IMG/VR virus record: IMGVR_UViG_2718218115_000003
From: an uncultured virus (IMG/VR IMGVR_UViG_2718218115_000003)
Lineage: Duplodnaviria; Heunggongvirae; Uroviricota; Caudoviricetes
Length of the DNA: 20,000 bases
Reading direction: 5' to 3' (one strand)
The notes beneath the pieces were generated by a model that saw only the letters and a program-made list of their open reading frames with translations, was not told the origin of the DNA and did not search any database. The first letter of the stretch is position 1. Each line of letters opens with the position of its first letter. Below, in pieces: positions 7,217 to 15,442 of this stretch. Made by a program: the position numbers and the translations under genes.

Positions 7217-7983
7217 AGTTAATTGAAAACAATGCTTGGCAGTATCTATCTGTTAAGTTACCCGCCGTAGGTGCATTCATCATGCTAATTTTATTGCCAG
7301 CACTACAATGGGGTGTTGATTATGAAGTTATTCCTGAAAAATATCATGCATTTGTTACTGGTACTTTGATGCTTGTTCTGTCATGGATTGGAAAGAAAAT
7401 TTCTCAACCACGACTTAATGGCCCGCAATTAACAGGCCAGTTAGTAGGGATCAATTCTTTATTGAATATCCCAACACCAACAAAGCCTGATGAATTAGCT
7501 TGGATTGCAGAAGCAAAAAAGCATCTTGGCCTTCAAGAAATACCTGGTAAACAGCATAACCCAACTATTTTAAAATGGCTCTCGGAGCTAAAGGCTTGGT
7601 GGGCTGACGATGAAACGGCTTGGTGTGGGACCTTCGTTGCACATTGCTTGAAATCAGCTGGAATTGCTTATCCTAAGCATTGGTACCGTGCATTGGATTA
7701 TGTGAATTATGGTACAAAATTAGCTAAACCCGCTTACGGTTGTGTAGCTATTAAAACTCGAAAGGGTGGTGGGCATGTTTGTTTTGTAGTTGGCCGTGAC
7801 AAAAAGTCTGGAAAGTTAGTATGCCTTGGAGGCAATCAGTCTAATAAAGTTTGTTATGCACTTTATAATGACTCTGACTTTCAAGAATTCAGATGGTATG
7901 GTCGTACAACTCAACCAGCTAGCAAACGTTACAACTTACCGCAATTAAGTGGCGTGACAGCAATTAGAGTTACTGAAGCATAA
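7213..7983 (+). CDS. endolysin, TIGR02594-like (NlpC/P60-CHAP fold), with an N-terminal two-TM holin-like domain
   Basis: WIAEAKKHLGLQEIPG, DDETAWCGTFV (catalytic Cys), GGGHVCFVVG (His) and LGGNQSN motifs. The N-terminal ~65 aa hold two hydrophobic helices. Confidence 0.85.
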   Translation: MKLIENNAWQYLSVKLPAVGAFIMLILLPALQWGVDYEVIPEKYHAFVTGTLMLVLSWIGKKISQPRLNGPQLTGQLVGINSLLNIPTPTKPDELAWIAEAKKHLGLQEIPGKQHNPTILKWLSELKAWWADDETAWCGTFVAHCLKSAGIAYPKHWYRALDYVNYGTKLAKPAYGCVAIKTRKGGGHVCFVVGRDKKSGKLVCLGGNQSNKVCYALYNDSDFQEFRWYGRTTQPASKRYNLPQLSGVTAIRVTEA

Positions 7984-8078
7984 TGAAGTTACTATTACTA
8001 AGCTTTCTTTTATGTGGCTGTACGGCACATACAATCAATAGCAATGTAAACGTATCTATTTGCGTTAAAGCACTTTAA
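7983..8078 (+). CDS. 31-aa lipoprotein (MKLLLLSFLLCGCTAHTINSNVNVSICVKAL), candidate minimal spanin/outer-membrane disruptor
   Basis: Not in the ORF track. TAATG coupling to the endolysin stop, signal peptide with lipobox L-C-G-C, and its stop runs straight into the terminator. Confidence 0.7.
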   Translation: MKLLLLSFLLCGCTAHTINSNVNVSICVKAL

Positions 8079-8106
8079 AAAAAGCCCTGAATATTCAGGG
8101 CTTTTT
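8079..8106. terminator. bidirectional terminator between convergent genes
   Basis: Perfect palindrome AAAAAGCCCTGAATATTCAGGGCTTTTT. Confidence 0.85.
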
Positions 8107-8108
8107 AA

Positions 8109-8528
8109 TTAATTATTTATTTCTGCATCGTAGACAGTTTGTAAAGAGGCTTTTAGAGCTTCATCATTTGTACTATCAATGAATTTCCTCATTTTCTCTT
8201 TGTATTCAAGGTGCCCAGCTTTATACTTTACAAGTAAGTATGAAAATTCAGCTTGCTTATAATTTGGGTCCTTCTTATTTTCTGGTTTGTTCAGCTCTAC
8301 TTTTAGAACCTCTGCCACATAGTCATAGCACCTATTAATCGAAGTGGCTTCTTTCCCTTGTAGTGAAAGTAACTGACATCTAAATGTAAGTCGTGCTGTG
8401 TCATTTGGTTTCTGTGCAAGCTGCTTATCATTTAAAGCATGCGCTTTATCATAGTCATTCAAAATCATATATATATTCATTTGAAGAAGCTCACGTTTTC
8501 GCTTATCCGTGATTTTATCGACCTCCGT
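8109..8528 (-). pseudogene. 5'-truncated TPR-like helical-repeat protein
   Basis: The frame stays open upstream of ATG 8480 (TEVDKITDKRKRELLQM...) and stops exactly at the IS junction. 'YDKAHALNDKQLAQKPND' is TPR-like. Confidence 0.6.
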
Positions 8529-8781
8529 CTAGGAAGAGCCCTTTGGAAAAAGTGGTCTGGTTATCATCGGCGAAGTTTGGTCGAAACCAAGATGCATTGC
8601 ATCAAATTATTAGGCGATAAACTCTACTCAAGGAATTTTGACAGCCAAGTGAATGAGATCCATGCACGTGTAGCCGTATTAAATAAATTTACAGAATTAG
8701 GCAGACCTCATACCCAAGTTGTAACCTAAATTTTAGCAACTTAGGAAAACTTTACCTTCAAAGGCTTTATGCAACAAAGCC
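8526..8781 (+). mobile_element. IS5-family (IS903 group) remnant: transposase C-terminus plus right inverted repeat
   Basis: RLGRALWKKWSGYHRRSLVETKMHCIKLLGDKL..R.FDSQVNEI (Y-x2-R-x3-E motif). The end CTTTATGCAACAAAGCC (to 8781) is the reverse complement of GGCTTTGTTGCAT. No left end is present. Confidence 0.9.
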
Positions 8782-8804
8782 TATATTTGGGTAAAAGTAA
8801 TAAA

Positions 8805-8828
8805 AAAAATCCTCAATTGAGGATTTTT
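8805..8828 (-). terminator. rho-independent terminator of the 8852-9550 gene
   Basis: Palindrome AAAAATCCTCAATTGAGGATTTTT. Confidence 0.75.
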
Positions 8829-8851
8829 AAAGCTTAGTATTTATAAAAATA

Positions 8852-9550
8852 CTATTTTACTTTTAAATTAATATATTGAGACATTTCAGAAGTTACTATA
8901 TCAAGTATTTCTTTATTAAATAGTTTTTCGGAATTCTTTAGATGATTTGTCATTGCATTTAATTCAAAAGCTGATTTTGATTGTGATAGGTCTCTTAGCA
9001 TTCCTCCAATACATCCTCTGTAATGTCGGATTCGATCTAAATCTAGATTAAGATCGGAGTCGAAGGTCTTTTCATAAATCTTTAAATCGATCAGAAATTG
9101 TTTATAGAGCTCTTCGCATTCATTGCGAAATATACTTCTTCTTTCTTCACATTCGTTAGGTATTTTTTCTGCCTGATCGATTAAATTTTTACTAATCTCT
9201 GGGAAGTTTTTTGAGTTCCATAAATGTTTTTGTGTCATTACATACTTATGATAATAATCAAGATAACTTACAAGTTTATATAAAGATGTTTGTGTATTTC
9301 TAGCAAGTTCAGATCTATTTAAGCCTGTTTGAGAATCTCTCCAATCATTAAATAAACTAGCTGCAATTATTGCTGCCCCAATAGTAGCTAAAGCTGAAAG
9401 TATGCTTACCATTAGGGACCAAGCTTCTTTTAATGGGTTATCAATTTGATTGTAGGAATATAACCAAAGAGTGAAAAAGAAAAATATGATACAAATGGAA
9501 GTAATCCAACCAATAGTATCTATTAATAAAACTTTAATTTTTTGATTCAT
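8852..9550 (-). CDS. hypothetical membrane protein (two N-terminal TM helices plus helical domain), moron
   Basis: 232 aa, AT-rich. Hydrophobic segments IGWITSICIIFFFFTLWLY and SLMVSILSALATIGAAIIAASLF. Confidence 0.75.
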   Translation of the reverse strand: MNQKIKVLLIDTIGWITSICIIFFFFTLWLYSYNQIDNPLKEAWSLMVSILSALATIGAAIIAASLFNDWRDSQTGLNRSELARNTQTSLYKLVSYLDYYHKYVMTQKHLWNSKNFPEISKNLIDQAEKIPNECEERRSIFRNECEELYKQFLIDLKIYEKTFDSDLNLDLDRIRHYRGCIGGMLRDLSQSKSAFELNAMTNHLKNSEKLFNKEILDIVTSEMSQYINLKVK

Positions 9551-9647
9551 AACTTTGAGTATTTCTGAGGTTAGCTTATTTTAGATAATCATAAATATTA
9601 ATCTAGTCGAATAAATGGAAATTTCATTTAAGTTTTTGATAGAAAAA

Positions 9648-9706
9648 TGAGCAAAAAATTGCTCAAAATTGATAAAATCCTTCGAAAGTGAGCAAAAAAT
9701 TGCTCA
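9648..9706. repeat. two identical 18-bp palindromic sites TGAGCAA-AAAA-TTGCTCA
   Basis: Copies at 9648-9665 and 9689-9706 (41-bp period). The second overlaps the umuC stop codon. Confidence 0.9.
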
Positions 9707-11002
9707 TTTAGTTATTAAAGGTAGTTCATCCCATTTAAATGGATTCTTAGTTAATTTGTCTCGTGACATTGACCAGTTGCGACCTGGTACATAACACGAA
9801 CTTATACCGAGTTTTTTCTTTCCGAATTTTGTGTGTACGTTCTCTAGTGTTTTCATCAATTGTTCTTTCTTTTCTATAGCTTCGAAATCTGTGAGCAGGT
9901 CATAAGTGTGACCTGTTTTGGGTTCTAGCCCAGTTAGTATCACACCGCACTTCTTATACTTAATACCTTCTTTAAAAATGTGAGATAGCATTTTTGTTGC
10001 AGCTTTTACGAAATCTAACGCACAATCTGTTGGTTGTGAAAATGAGCCGGTTATTGACTTGTTATAAAACGGTACATTTTCATCAAAAGGACTTGATTGA
10101 ACAAAAACAATAAGACAGCCGCATAATGATTCATCATCTCTCAATCTCTTACATGCTTCTTGTGCATGCATGGCTATTGCTTCTTGTAGGTCAATAAGTT
10201 CGGTAACTTTCGCACCAAAAGAACATGACTTAATAATTTGCTTTTTAGATGGCGGAGTGTCTTCAATTTCTAGGCAAGAGATGCCTTGTAGCTCGTTAAT
10301 AGTACGAGCCATAACAATAGAAAAGCGTTTTTGCATTTCACGTGGTTCAGCACAAGCTAGATCAAGCACTGTATTAATTCCCATGCTTTGCAACTTTTTT
10401 GCATGTTTACGGCCGACCCCCCAGACTTCACTCACATCTATTTGAGCAAAGTAATATTCTTTATTGCACGGATCCATGTTTACGAGATCGCAAACGCCGT
10501 TAAAGCCTTGATTTTTCTTAGCTATATGATTGGATATCTTTGCCTCCGTCTTGCTGCGACCAATACCTACGCACACGGGCAAACCAATCCATTTCCATAT
10601 TTTTAGGCGCATATCCTGAGCGACCTTTTCTAGGTCAAAATTTTTTTCATAAGCTGAAAAATCAACAAAACACTCATCTATTGAATATTTCTCAACTTCT
10701 TCATCAGTTACATACGATGCAAGAATCTTATGAAATCTGCGCGACATTTCAGCGTAAAGTTCATAATTGCTAGAGAGAACAATAACATTGTGTTTTTTTA
10801 CTATGTCTCTGATCTGGAATAATGGCACCCCCATTTTTATATTTAAATTTTTTGCTTCATTGCTGCGCGCAACGGCACATCCATCGTTATTTGACAAAAC
10901 GATGACTGGTTTATTGTTTAAACTTGGATTAAAGACTCGTTCACATGAGACGTACATGTTATTTACATCTATGAGAAAAAAGACTTTATCTTCATGTCTC
11001 AT
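9704..11002 (-). CDS. umuC: Y-family DNA polymerase V catalytic subunit
   Basis: [31 protein letters not shown] and C-terminal WSMSRDKLT. Start reassigned to ATG 11002 (ATGA overlap with the umuD stop). Confidence 0.95.
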   Translation of the reverse strand: MRHEDKVFFLIDVNNMYVSCERVFNPSLNNKPVIVLSNNDGCAVARSNEAKNLNIKMGVPLFQIRDIVKKHNVIVLSSNYELYAEMSRRFHKILASYVTDEEVEKYSIDECFVDFSAYEKNFDLEKVAQDMRLKIWKWIGLPVCVGIGRSKTEAKISNHIAKKNQGFNGVCDLVNMDPCNKEYYFAQIDVSEVWGVGRKHAKKLQSMGINTVLDLACAEPREMQKRFSIVMARTINELQGISCLEIEDTPPSKKQIIKSCSFGAKVTELIDLQEAIAMHAQEACKRLRDDESLCGCLIVFVQSSPFDENVPFYNKSITGSFSQPTDCALDFVKAATKMLSHIFKEGIKYKKCGVILTGLEPKTGHTYDLLTDFEAIEKKEQLMKTLENVHTKFGKKKLGISSCYVPGRNWSMSRDKLTKNPFKWDELPLITK

Positions 11003-11499
11003 GATTTTTTTCTTGTATTTTTTAGAATATAAGTAACTACACCCCAAATTATTAGTTCTTGCCCGTCATGAAGATGAATATCATCATAATCTGGGTTTTC
11101 AGCTTTTAACCAACGCTCATTTTCATCAATCATTAAGCGTTTAACAGTAAAATCATTATCTATAAGTGCAACAACAATATCGTTGTGTTTAGCATCAAGA
11201 CTACGATCAACAATCAACTCATCATCAATATCAATGCCAGCGTTAAGCATCGAAAGTGATGCCACTCTAACAATAAATGTTGCTTCTTCATTTTTAATTA
11301 GGTGCTCATTCATGTCGAGAGTTCGATCAACATAATCTTGAGCAGGAGAGGGAAAACCAGCTGAAACTTTTTCTATAGCTAAAGGTATTGAAAAAAAAGT
11401 AGTAGGTGAAACTAATTTTATGGATTCAACCTCACTCAATACCTTGCCAGCATTGAGATGTGGTTTAATTTCGATAATGGAATTGGGGATAATGCTCAT
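10999..11499 (-). CDS. umuD: DNA polymerase V accessory subunit (S24 peptidase)
   Basis: [11 protein letters not shown] autocleavage site, catalytic Ser (VASLSM) and Lys (FTVKRL). SD GGAG. Confidence 0.95.
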   Translation of the reverse strand: MSIIPNSIIEIKPHLNAGKVLSEVESIKLVSPTTFFSIPLAIEKVSAGFPSPAQDYVDRTLDMNEHLIKNEEATFIVRVASLSMLNAGIDIDDELIVDRSLDAKHNDIVVALIDNDFTVKRLMIDENERWLKAENPDYDDIHLHDGQELIIWGVVTYILKNTRKKS

Positions 11500-11507
11500 A
11501 GTTACTC

Positions 11508-11530
11508 CTTGATTTCGTTACATAATCAAG
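11508..11530 (-). promoter_or_regulatory. Acinetobacter UmuDAb-type SOS box
   Basis: Minus strand CTTGATTATGTAACGAAATCAAG = TTGA-N4-GTAAC-N4-TCAA, matching the A. baumannii UmuDAb palindrome as I recall it (TTGAAAATGTAACTTTTTCAA). Directly upstream of the umuD RBS. Confidence 0.75.
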
Positions 11531-11640
11531 ATGATATGCTAGAGCTTGGTTTAAATTCAAATTAAAAAAATTGTGCATAAATAATGACTAGTCATTACTT
11601 GTCGCGTTAGTTAGTGCATTTGGTCGGAAATTCAACGGTG

Positions 11641-12276
11641 CTAATTTGCACTTTTTTTTGGTTTTGGGAAGTAGTCTGCAGTAAATTCACCTAAGGGCAT
11701 TTCAAAGAAAAATTGATCTGCATCTTCTTTTTTGCAATTCAGCCAATCTTCTCGATACTCGTCAGGAATAACGATAATAGACCGCTTTTCATCTTCTGGC
11801 TTATGAAACTGTGACATAAAAGGGTGATTATCTGCATTAATAGTTAGCATTGACATTGATCTTACTTGCTGCCCATCAATCACAGTCGAATCATAAATAG
11901 CAGCTACTGTAAAAGGTAAGCCATCCTCTCGATAAATTCCCCATCTTTCCGCTTTACCATTCACATATCTCGGTTCATAGATCTTTTCGACTGGAATTAG
12001 TGCAAACTTACTTTTAGCCCACGCATGTCGAAAGCTAGGCTTTTTATCTACCGTCTCAGTGCGGGCATTGTATGTGTACTTTGAAAATTTTAAATCATGG
12101 TTCCAAGGTGGGATCATGCCGAACTTTACTTGCCGCCATTCAATGTGGCCATCATTCGAAAATATAAGAGGGCAGTCGTAACCCGGATAAACATCATTCT
12201 TATAGTCGAAGGTAGGTTCTAAGAGATCCAATAGATGTACCCGGTCTTTTGAAATTGGCTCATAATTAGCGCACAT
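11641..12276 (-). CDS. SOS response-associated peptidase (SRAP/YedK/HMCES family; abasic-site protection)
   Basis: N-terminal MCANY (Cys2), YNARTET, FRHAW, IYEP, and FHKPEDEKRS. Confidence 0.92.
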   Translation of the reverse strand: MCANYEPISKDRVHLLDLLEPTFDYKNDVYPGYDCPLIFSNDGHIEWRQVKFGMIPPWNHDLKFSKYTYNARTETVDKKPSFRHAWAKSKFALIPVEKIYEPRYVNGKAERWGIYREDGLPFTVAAIYDSTVIDGQQVRSMSMLTINADNHPFMSQFHKPEDEKRSIIVIPDEYREDWLNCKKEDADQFFFEMPLGEFTADYFPKPKKSAN

Positions 12277-12424
12277 GATTATTTCCTTATTATTTAGTTT
12301 TAGAATGACAATTTTAGAGAAAAGGTTTTATATAATTATGTATCGAGTTTTCAATAGAAAATTACACTGAATATTTTTTGAATAAGATATTAATATAATT
12401 TGCCTTTTGGGAAGAAATGTTAAA

Positions 12425-13090
12425 ATGAATTTATTGGAAGTTATAGCTAAAAATTGTGGATTGGCAGTGGTGGACTCCGTAACTTTAGGGCTAGGTTCAG
12501 CTGTAAAGAATTCCTTTTATGAAATTAAAGATCATGTAAGTCAATGTAATGATGCACTGTATCTAATGCAAATTAAAACATTTATTGAGACAATCGATTT
12601 AGATGAAGGGGAAGTGAAAGATTTTTTTAGCAAAAATCCAGATAACAATCGACTAGGAATTGAATTATTTAAAATTTTAGAAAGTACATACATAGAAAAG
12701 CAAGCAAATTTGTTAGCCATTAACTTTCAAAACTATTTACAGGGTAAGTATGATAAAAGCCAATTTAATAAGTATATAAATTTAATAAAAAAAATTGATG
12801 CACATATTTTTGAAGTAATTAATAATGACTTGCAGTATCCTGAAAGGCTCCGCGGACAATCCATACCTTGTGAAGGATTGCCAAAAGATGCCACTGATTA
12901 CAACAAATATTGGGAATTTGAAAATCTTTTAGTTAGTGACTTCAAAGATTTAGAAGTTGTAGGATTAATTGAGGAAGAAATAGAGGAAACTTCGGTTACA
13001 TACAGCTCAGTTGTAAGCCCTAAAATTAAGAGAAAGAGAACGCGTTTCTATCATAATTTTTATATTGACCTTTATAGTAAGCTAAAATAA
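12425..13090 (+). CDS. hypothetical protein, AT-rich moron (Abi-alpha/DUF4393-like pattern possible)
   Basis: Likely ATG at 12425. All-helical N-terminal region ('DALYLMQIKTFI...EKQANLLA..F..Y') plus a wHTH-like tail ('LEVVGLIEE'). Last gene before the att site. Confidence 0.7.
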   Translation: MNLLEVIAKNCGLAVVDSVTLGLGSAVKNSFYEIKDHVSQCNDALYLMQIKTFIETIDLDEGEVKDFFSKNPDNNRLGIELFKILESTYIEKQANLLAINFQNYLQGKYDKSQFNKYINLIKKIDAHIFEVINNDLQYPERLRGQSIPCEGLPKDATDYNKYWEFENLLVSDFKDLEVVGLIEEEIEETSVTYSSVVSPKIKRKRTRFYHNFYIDLYSKLK

Positions 13091-13191
13091 AAGTGGGAAG
13101 AGCCTAGAATTTTTCAAAATGAGTTCAACTCCTATAGTCGGACTTGAACAAAAAAGAAACTGTTGTTAATCATACTTAATCAAAATTAAAT

Positions 13192-13254
13192 GTTATACAT
13201 GAGTTATACCAGCATGTTATATGCCGAAAAAGCAATTATAAAATCAATTATTTA
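13192..13254. promoter_or_regulatory. prophage att arm: GTTATA(C) repeats and IHF site
   Basis: Three GTTATA copies within 13192-13222. AATCAATTATTTA (13242-13254) matches the IHF consensus WATCAANNNNTTR, just before the att core. Confidence 0.6.
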
Positions 13255-13262
13255 GGATTTTT

Positions 13263-13286
13263 GTTCAACTCCCGCCATCTCCACCA
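13263..13286 (+). mobile_element. att site: displaced 3' end of tmRNA (ssrA); attR of the prophage and left end of the next island
   Basis: GTTCAACTCCCGCCATCTCCACCA is the T-loop/acceptor/CCA end of gammaproteobacterial tmRNA (E. coli ...GTTCAACTCCCGCCAGCTCCACCA). No upstream tmRNA body. An integrase gene follows. Confidence 0.88.
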
Positions 13287-13329
13287 AGACATTAAATTTA
13301 TATGCTGTTACATAACGACATATAAAACT

Positions 13330-13364
13330 AAAAGGCTTGAACTGTAATGGTTTAAGCCTTTTTT
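13330..13364 (+). terminator. terminator downstream of the tmRNA fragment
   Basis: AAAAGGCTTGAAC...GTTTAAGCCTTTTTT. Confidence 0.75.
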
Positions 13365-13409
13365 ATGCCTATATATAACCAAACATAAATTTATATACCA
13401 TTGCCCGCC

Positions 13410-13460
13410 GTGTATCCCTGTGTGTATCCTTAAATAAAAATTGAAACGGTGGGGATACAA
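13410..13460. promoter_or_regulatory. putative integrase arm-type binding sites
   Basis: GTGTATCC twice in direct repeat (13410, 13422) and an inverted GGGATACA immediately before the integrase start. This is the usual P4-type layout. Confidence 0.6.
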
Positions 13461-13464
13461 AGAA

Positions 13465-14691
13465 ATGAAGCGTACAGAGATAAAGCGTCGTCCATTATCT
13501 GATACAGCACTAGCTAATCTTGAGCCTGAATCAAAGGAATACCGGGAACTGGACGGCAATGGTTTGTATTTTCGTGTCAAGCCCGATGGTAATAAGTCTT
13601 GGCAATTACGCTACAAAAAGCCTGATGGTAAATGGTCATGGTTAGGAATAGGTGGCTATCCTGAAATAGGTGGGCAATTGGCACGAAAGAAAGCACAAGA
13701 GTTAATTGCTGATATTGGTAAAGGTGAGAATCCAATCATCACTAAGCAAGAACGTAAGCGGAAAGAACTTGAAGATAACAATGCCACTTTTGAGGCACTG
13801 GCAAGGGAATGGTTAGATACCAAACAAAATAGATGGGTCGCAGATACGATGGTCCGAAACAAAGGGGCATTAGAAAAACATATATTCCCTGTTTTTGGTA
13901 AACGCCTATACACCACGATACGCCCGATTGAATGGATGAATCATTTAAAAGGGATACAACAAGAACATAAGATTTATGAGCAAGTAAACCGCATACGTGC
14001 TATGTGTCGAGATATTTACGACTATGCCAAAGTAACAGGACGTATTGATTACAACCCACTGGAGGGGCTGCATAAATTCTTAGAACAGGGCAAAAAAGAG
14101 AATATGGCTCATGTGGATGAAAAAGAATTACCGCAATTATTAAGGGCTATAGACAACTACCCAACACTTGATAGTCGCATCGGATTAAAGCTTTTATCTA
14201 TGCTGTTTTGCCGCCCTAGTGAATTGAGAGAGGCAACATGGGATGAGTTTGACCTAGAAAATTCTCTTTGGGAAATTCCTGAACACCGCATGAAAAAACG
14301 CCGTGAGCATATTATTCCGTTACCAACTCAAGCGGTGCAGTTATTAAATGAATTACGAGCTTTAAGTGGTAAATCAGAATACTTATTTCCTAGTCGGTCA
14401 AATAGCAATAAGCCTAAATCGGATACAGTATTTATTATGGCGTTACGGCGCTTGGGTTATGAGGGTAGACAGACACCGCACGGCTTTAGACATATCGCCA
14501 GTACCTTGCTTAACAACAAGGGTTTTGATGAAAGACATATTGAGGCGGCATTGGCGCATGTTAAAGATGGTGTGGCAGGGGTATATAACAAAGCTCAATA
14601 TCTGAATGATCGAAAGTACATTATGCAGTGGTACGCTGACCACTTAGAGCAATTGATGGATGATCAAATTATCCAATTTAAAAAAGCATGA
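13465..14691 (+). CDS. int: P4-family tyrosine integrase
   Basis: Arm-binding N-terminus (LSDTALANL...DGNGLYFRV...KSWQLRY...LGIGGYPEI). Catalytic residues R (CRPSE), K (RMKKRREH), HGFR, LAH and Y (GVYNKA). ATG at 13465. Confidence 0.95.
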   Translation: MKRTEIKRRPLSDTALANLEPESKEYRELDGNGLYFRVKPDGNKSWQLRYKKPDGKWSWLGIGGYPEIGGQLARKKAQELIADIGKGENPIITKQERKRKELEDNNATFEALAREWLDTKQNRWVADTMVRNKGALEKHIFPVFGKRLYTTIRPIEWMNHLKGIQQEHKIYEQVNRIRAMCRDIYDYAKVTGRIDYNPLEGLHKFLEQGKKENMAHVDEKELPQLLRAIDNYPTLDSRIGLKLLSMLFCRPSELREATWDEFDLENSLWEIPEHRMKKRREHIIPLPTQAVQLLNELRALSGKSEYLFPSRSNSNKPKSDTVFIMALRRLGYEGRQTPHGFRHIASTLLNNKGFDERHIEAALAHVKDGVAGVYNKAQYLNDRKYIMQWYADHLEQLMDDQIIQFKKA

Positions 14692-14707
14692 TGCCAGTTG
14701 AGATAAA

Positions 14708-14728
14708 AATGGCGGTAATACCGCCATT
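14708..14728. terminator. hairpin between the convergent int and LysM genes
   Basis: AATGGCGGTA-A-TACCGCCATT. Confidence 0.65.
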
Positions 14729-14781
14729 GTTTTGTGTCTGCATCAAGTCTGGTCAGGTGCAGTAAATCGACATGAGGCTAA

Positions 14782-15351
14782 TTAATAAGAATTAACAAAC
14801 TCATTGAACTTAACCACTTCCTTGTAAATATTTCTATTGCAGCTTGTCATAGGGTCATACTGTTTAAACATGCTTGGGTTGTTGCACGACATCGTTGCAA
14901 CGATTGCGTATGTGTCCTTCCCATACGGTTCTTTTGTGACTTCAACAACAATGTCGCCAGTAAATTCACGTGGAGCATAAGTCTCAATCAAAACATTGTT
15001 TGAGTTACTGATCTTGTAATCTGCATTTTTGCTTACCCACAAATGAGCAGCTTCCATCTTTGAGTCACATTCGGCTTTACTTTTACAAGTTGGTCGTGTT
15101 TTTGAAATCAAATTTACGTATTCTGCTTTAGTTAATGATTTTGGGATCAATAGTTTTTGTCCAACGTACACCTTCGATGAATTGGAAAGGTTGTTATCGG
15201 CTGCCAGCTTTGCCCATGTGGTCCCGTTACGCTTGGCTATATCATTTAATGATTCGCCCGGCTTCACGGTGTACTCGGTGAACAAGCTTTCCCCTTCAGC
15301 CATTGCATTTGTACCAATCAGAATTAAAGTAGCTAATAGAATTTTTTTCAT
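14782..15351 (-). CDS. secreted LysM peptidoglycan-binding domain protein
   Basis: Signal peptide MKKILLATLILIGTNAMA. LysM YTVKPGESLNDIAKRNGTTWAKLAADNNL...VYVGQKLLIP. C-terminal domain with four Cys. Confidence 0.88.
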   Translation of the reverse strand: MKKILLATLILIGTNAMAEGESLFTEYTVKPGESLNDIAKRNGTTWAKLAADNNLSNSSKVYVGQKLLIPKSLTKAEYVNLISKTRPTCKSKAECDSKMEAAHLWVSKNADYKISNSNNVLIETYAPREFTGDIVVEVTKEPYGKDTYAIVATMSCNNPSMFKQYDPMTSCNRNIYKEVVKFNEFVNSY

Positions 15352-15396
15352 GATTAATTACCTTTATATTGAGATTATGGAATATGTGAATGAAAT

Positions 15397-15417
15397 AATA
15401 CACTAAGTTGGTGTATT
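15397..15417. promoter_or_regulatory. putative operator between the divergent LysM and XRE genes
   Basis: AATACACTAA-G-TTGGTGTATT, an inverted repeat with 1 mismatch. Confidence 0.5.
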
Positions 15418-15442
15418 TGGTTGCATGCTTGATATTCTTGGC

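Noticed and set aside
8439..8729. 96-aa 'transposase' ORF
   Set aside because: Chimera: the first ~29 codons are antisense TPR-gene sequence and only the remainder is an IS C-terminus. Not a functional transposase.
9648..9706. Possible mini-CRISPR array
   Set aside because: Only two 18-bp repeats with a 23-bp spacer, and no cas genes or leader.
10170..11036. Several plus-strand ORFs opposite umuC, and similar short antisense or alternate-frame ORFs within the helicase, tail, integrase, LysM and asnB genes
   Set aside because: Shadow ORFs of well-supported genes, with no SD and no compositional change in the host frame (unlike 1144-1503).
13263..13286. Possible tRNA or intact tmRNA gene
   Set aside because: Only the T-loop and acceptor 3' strand are present. 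The upstream sequence cannot form the rest of the molecule, so this is an att duplication.
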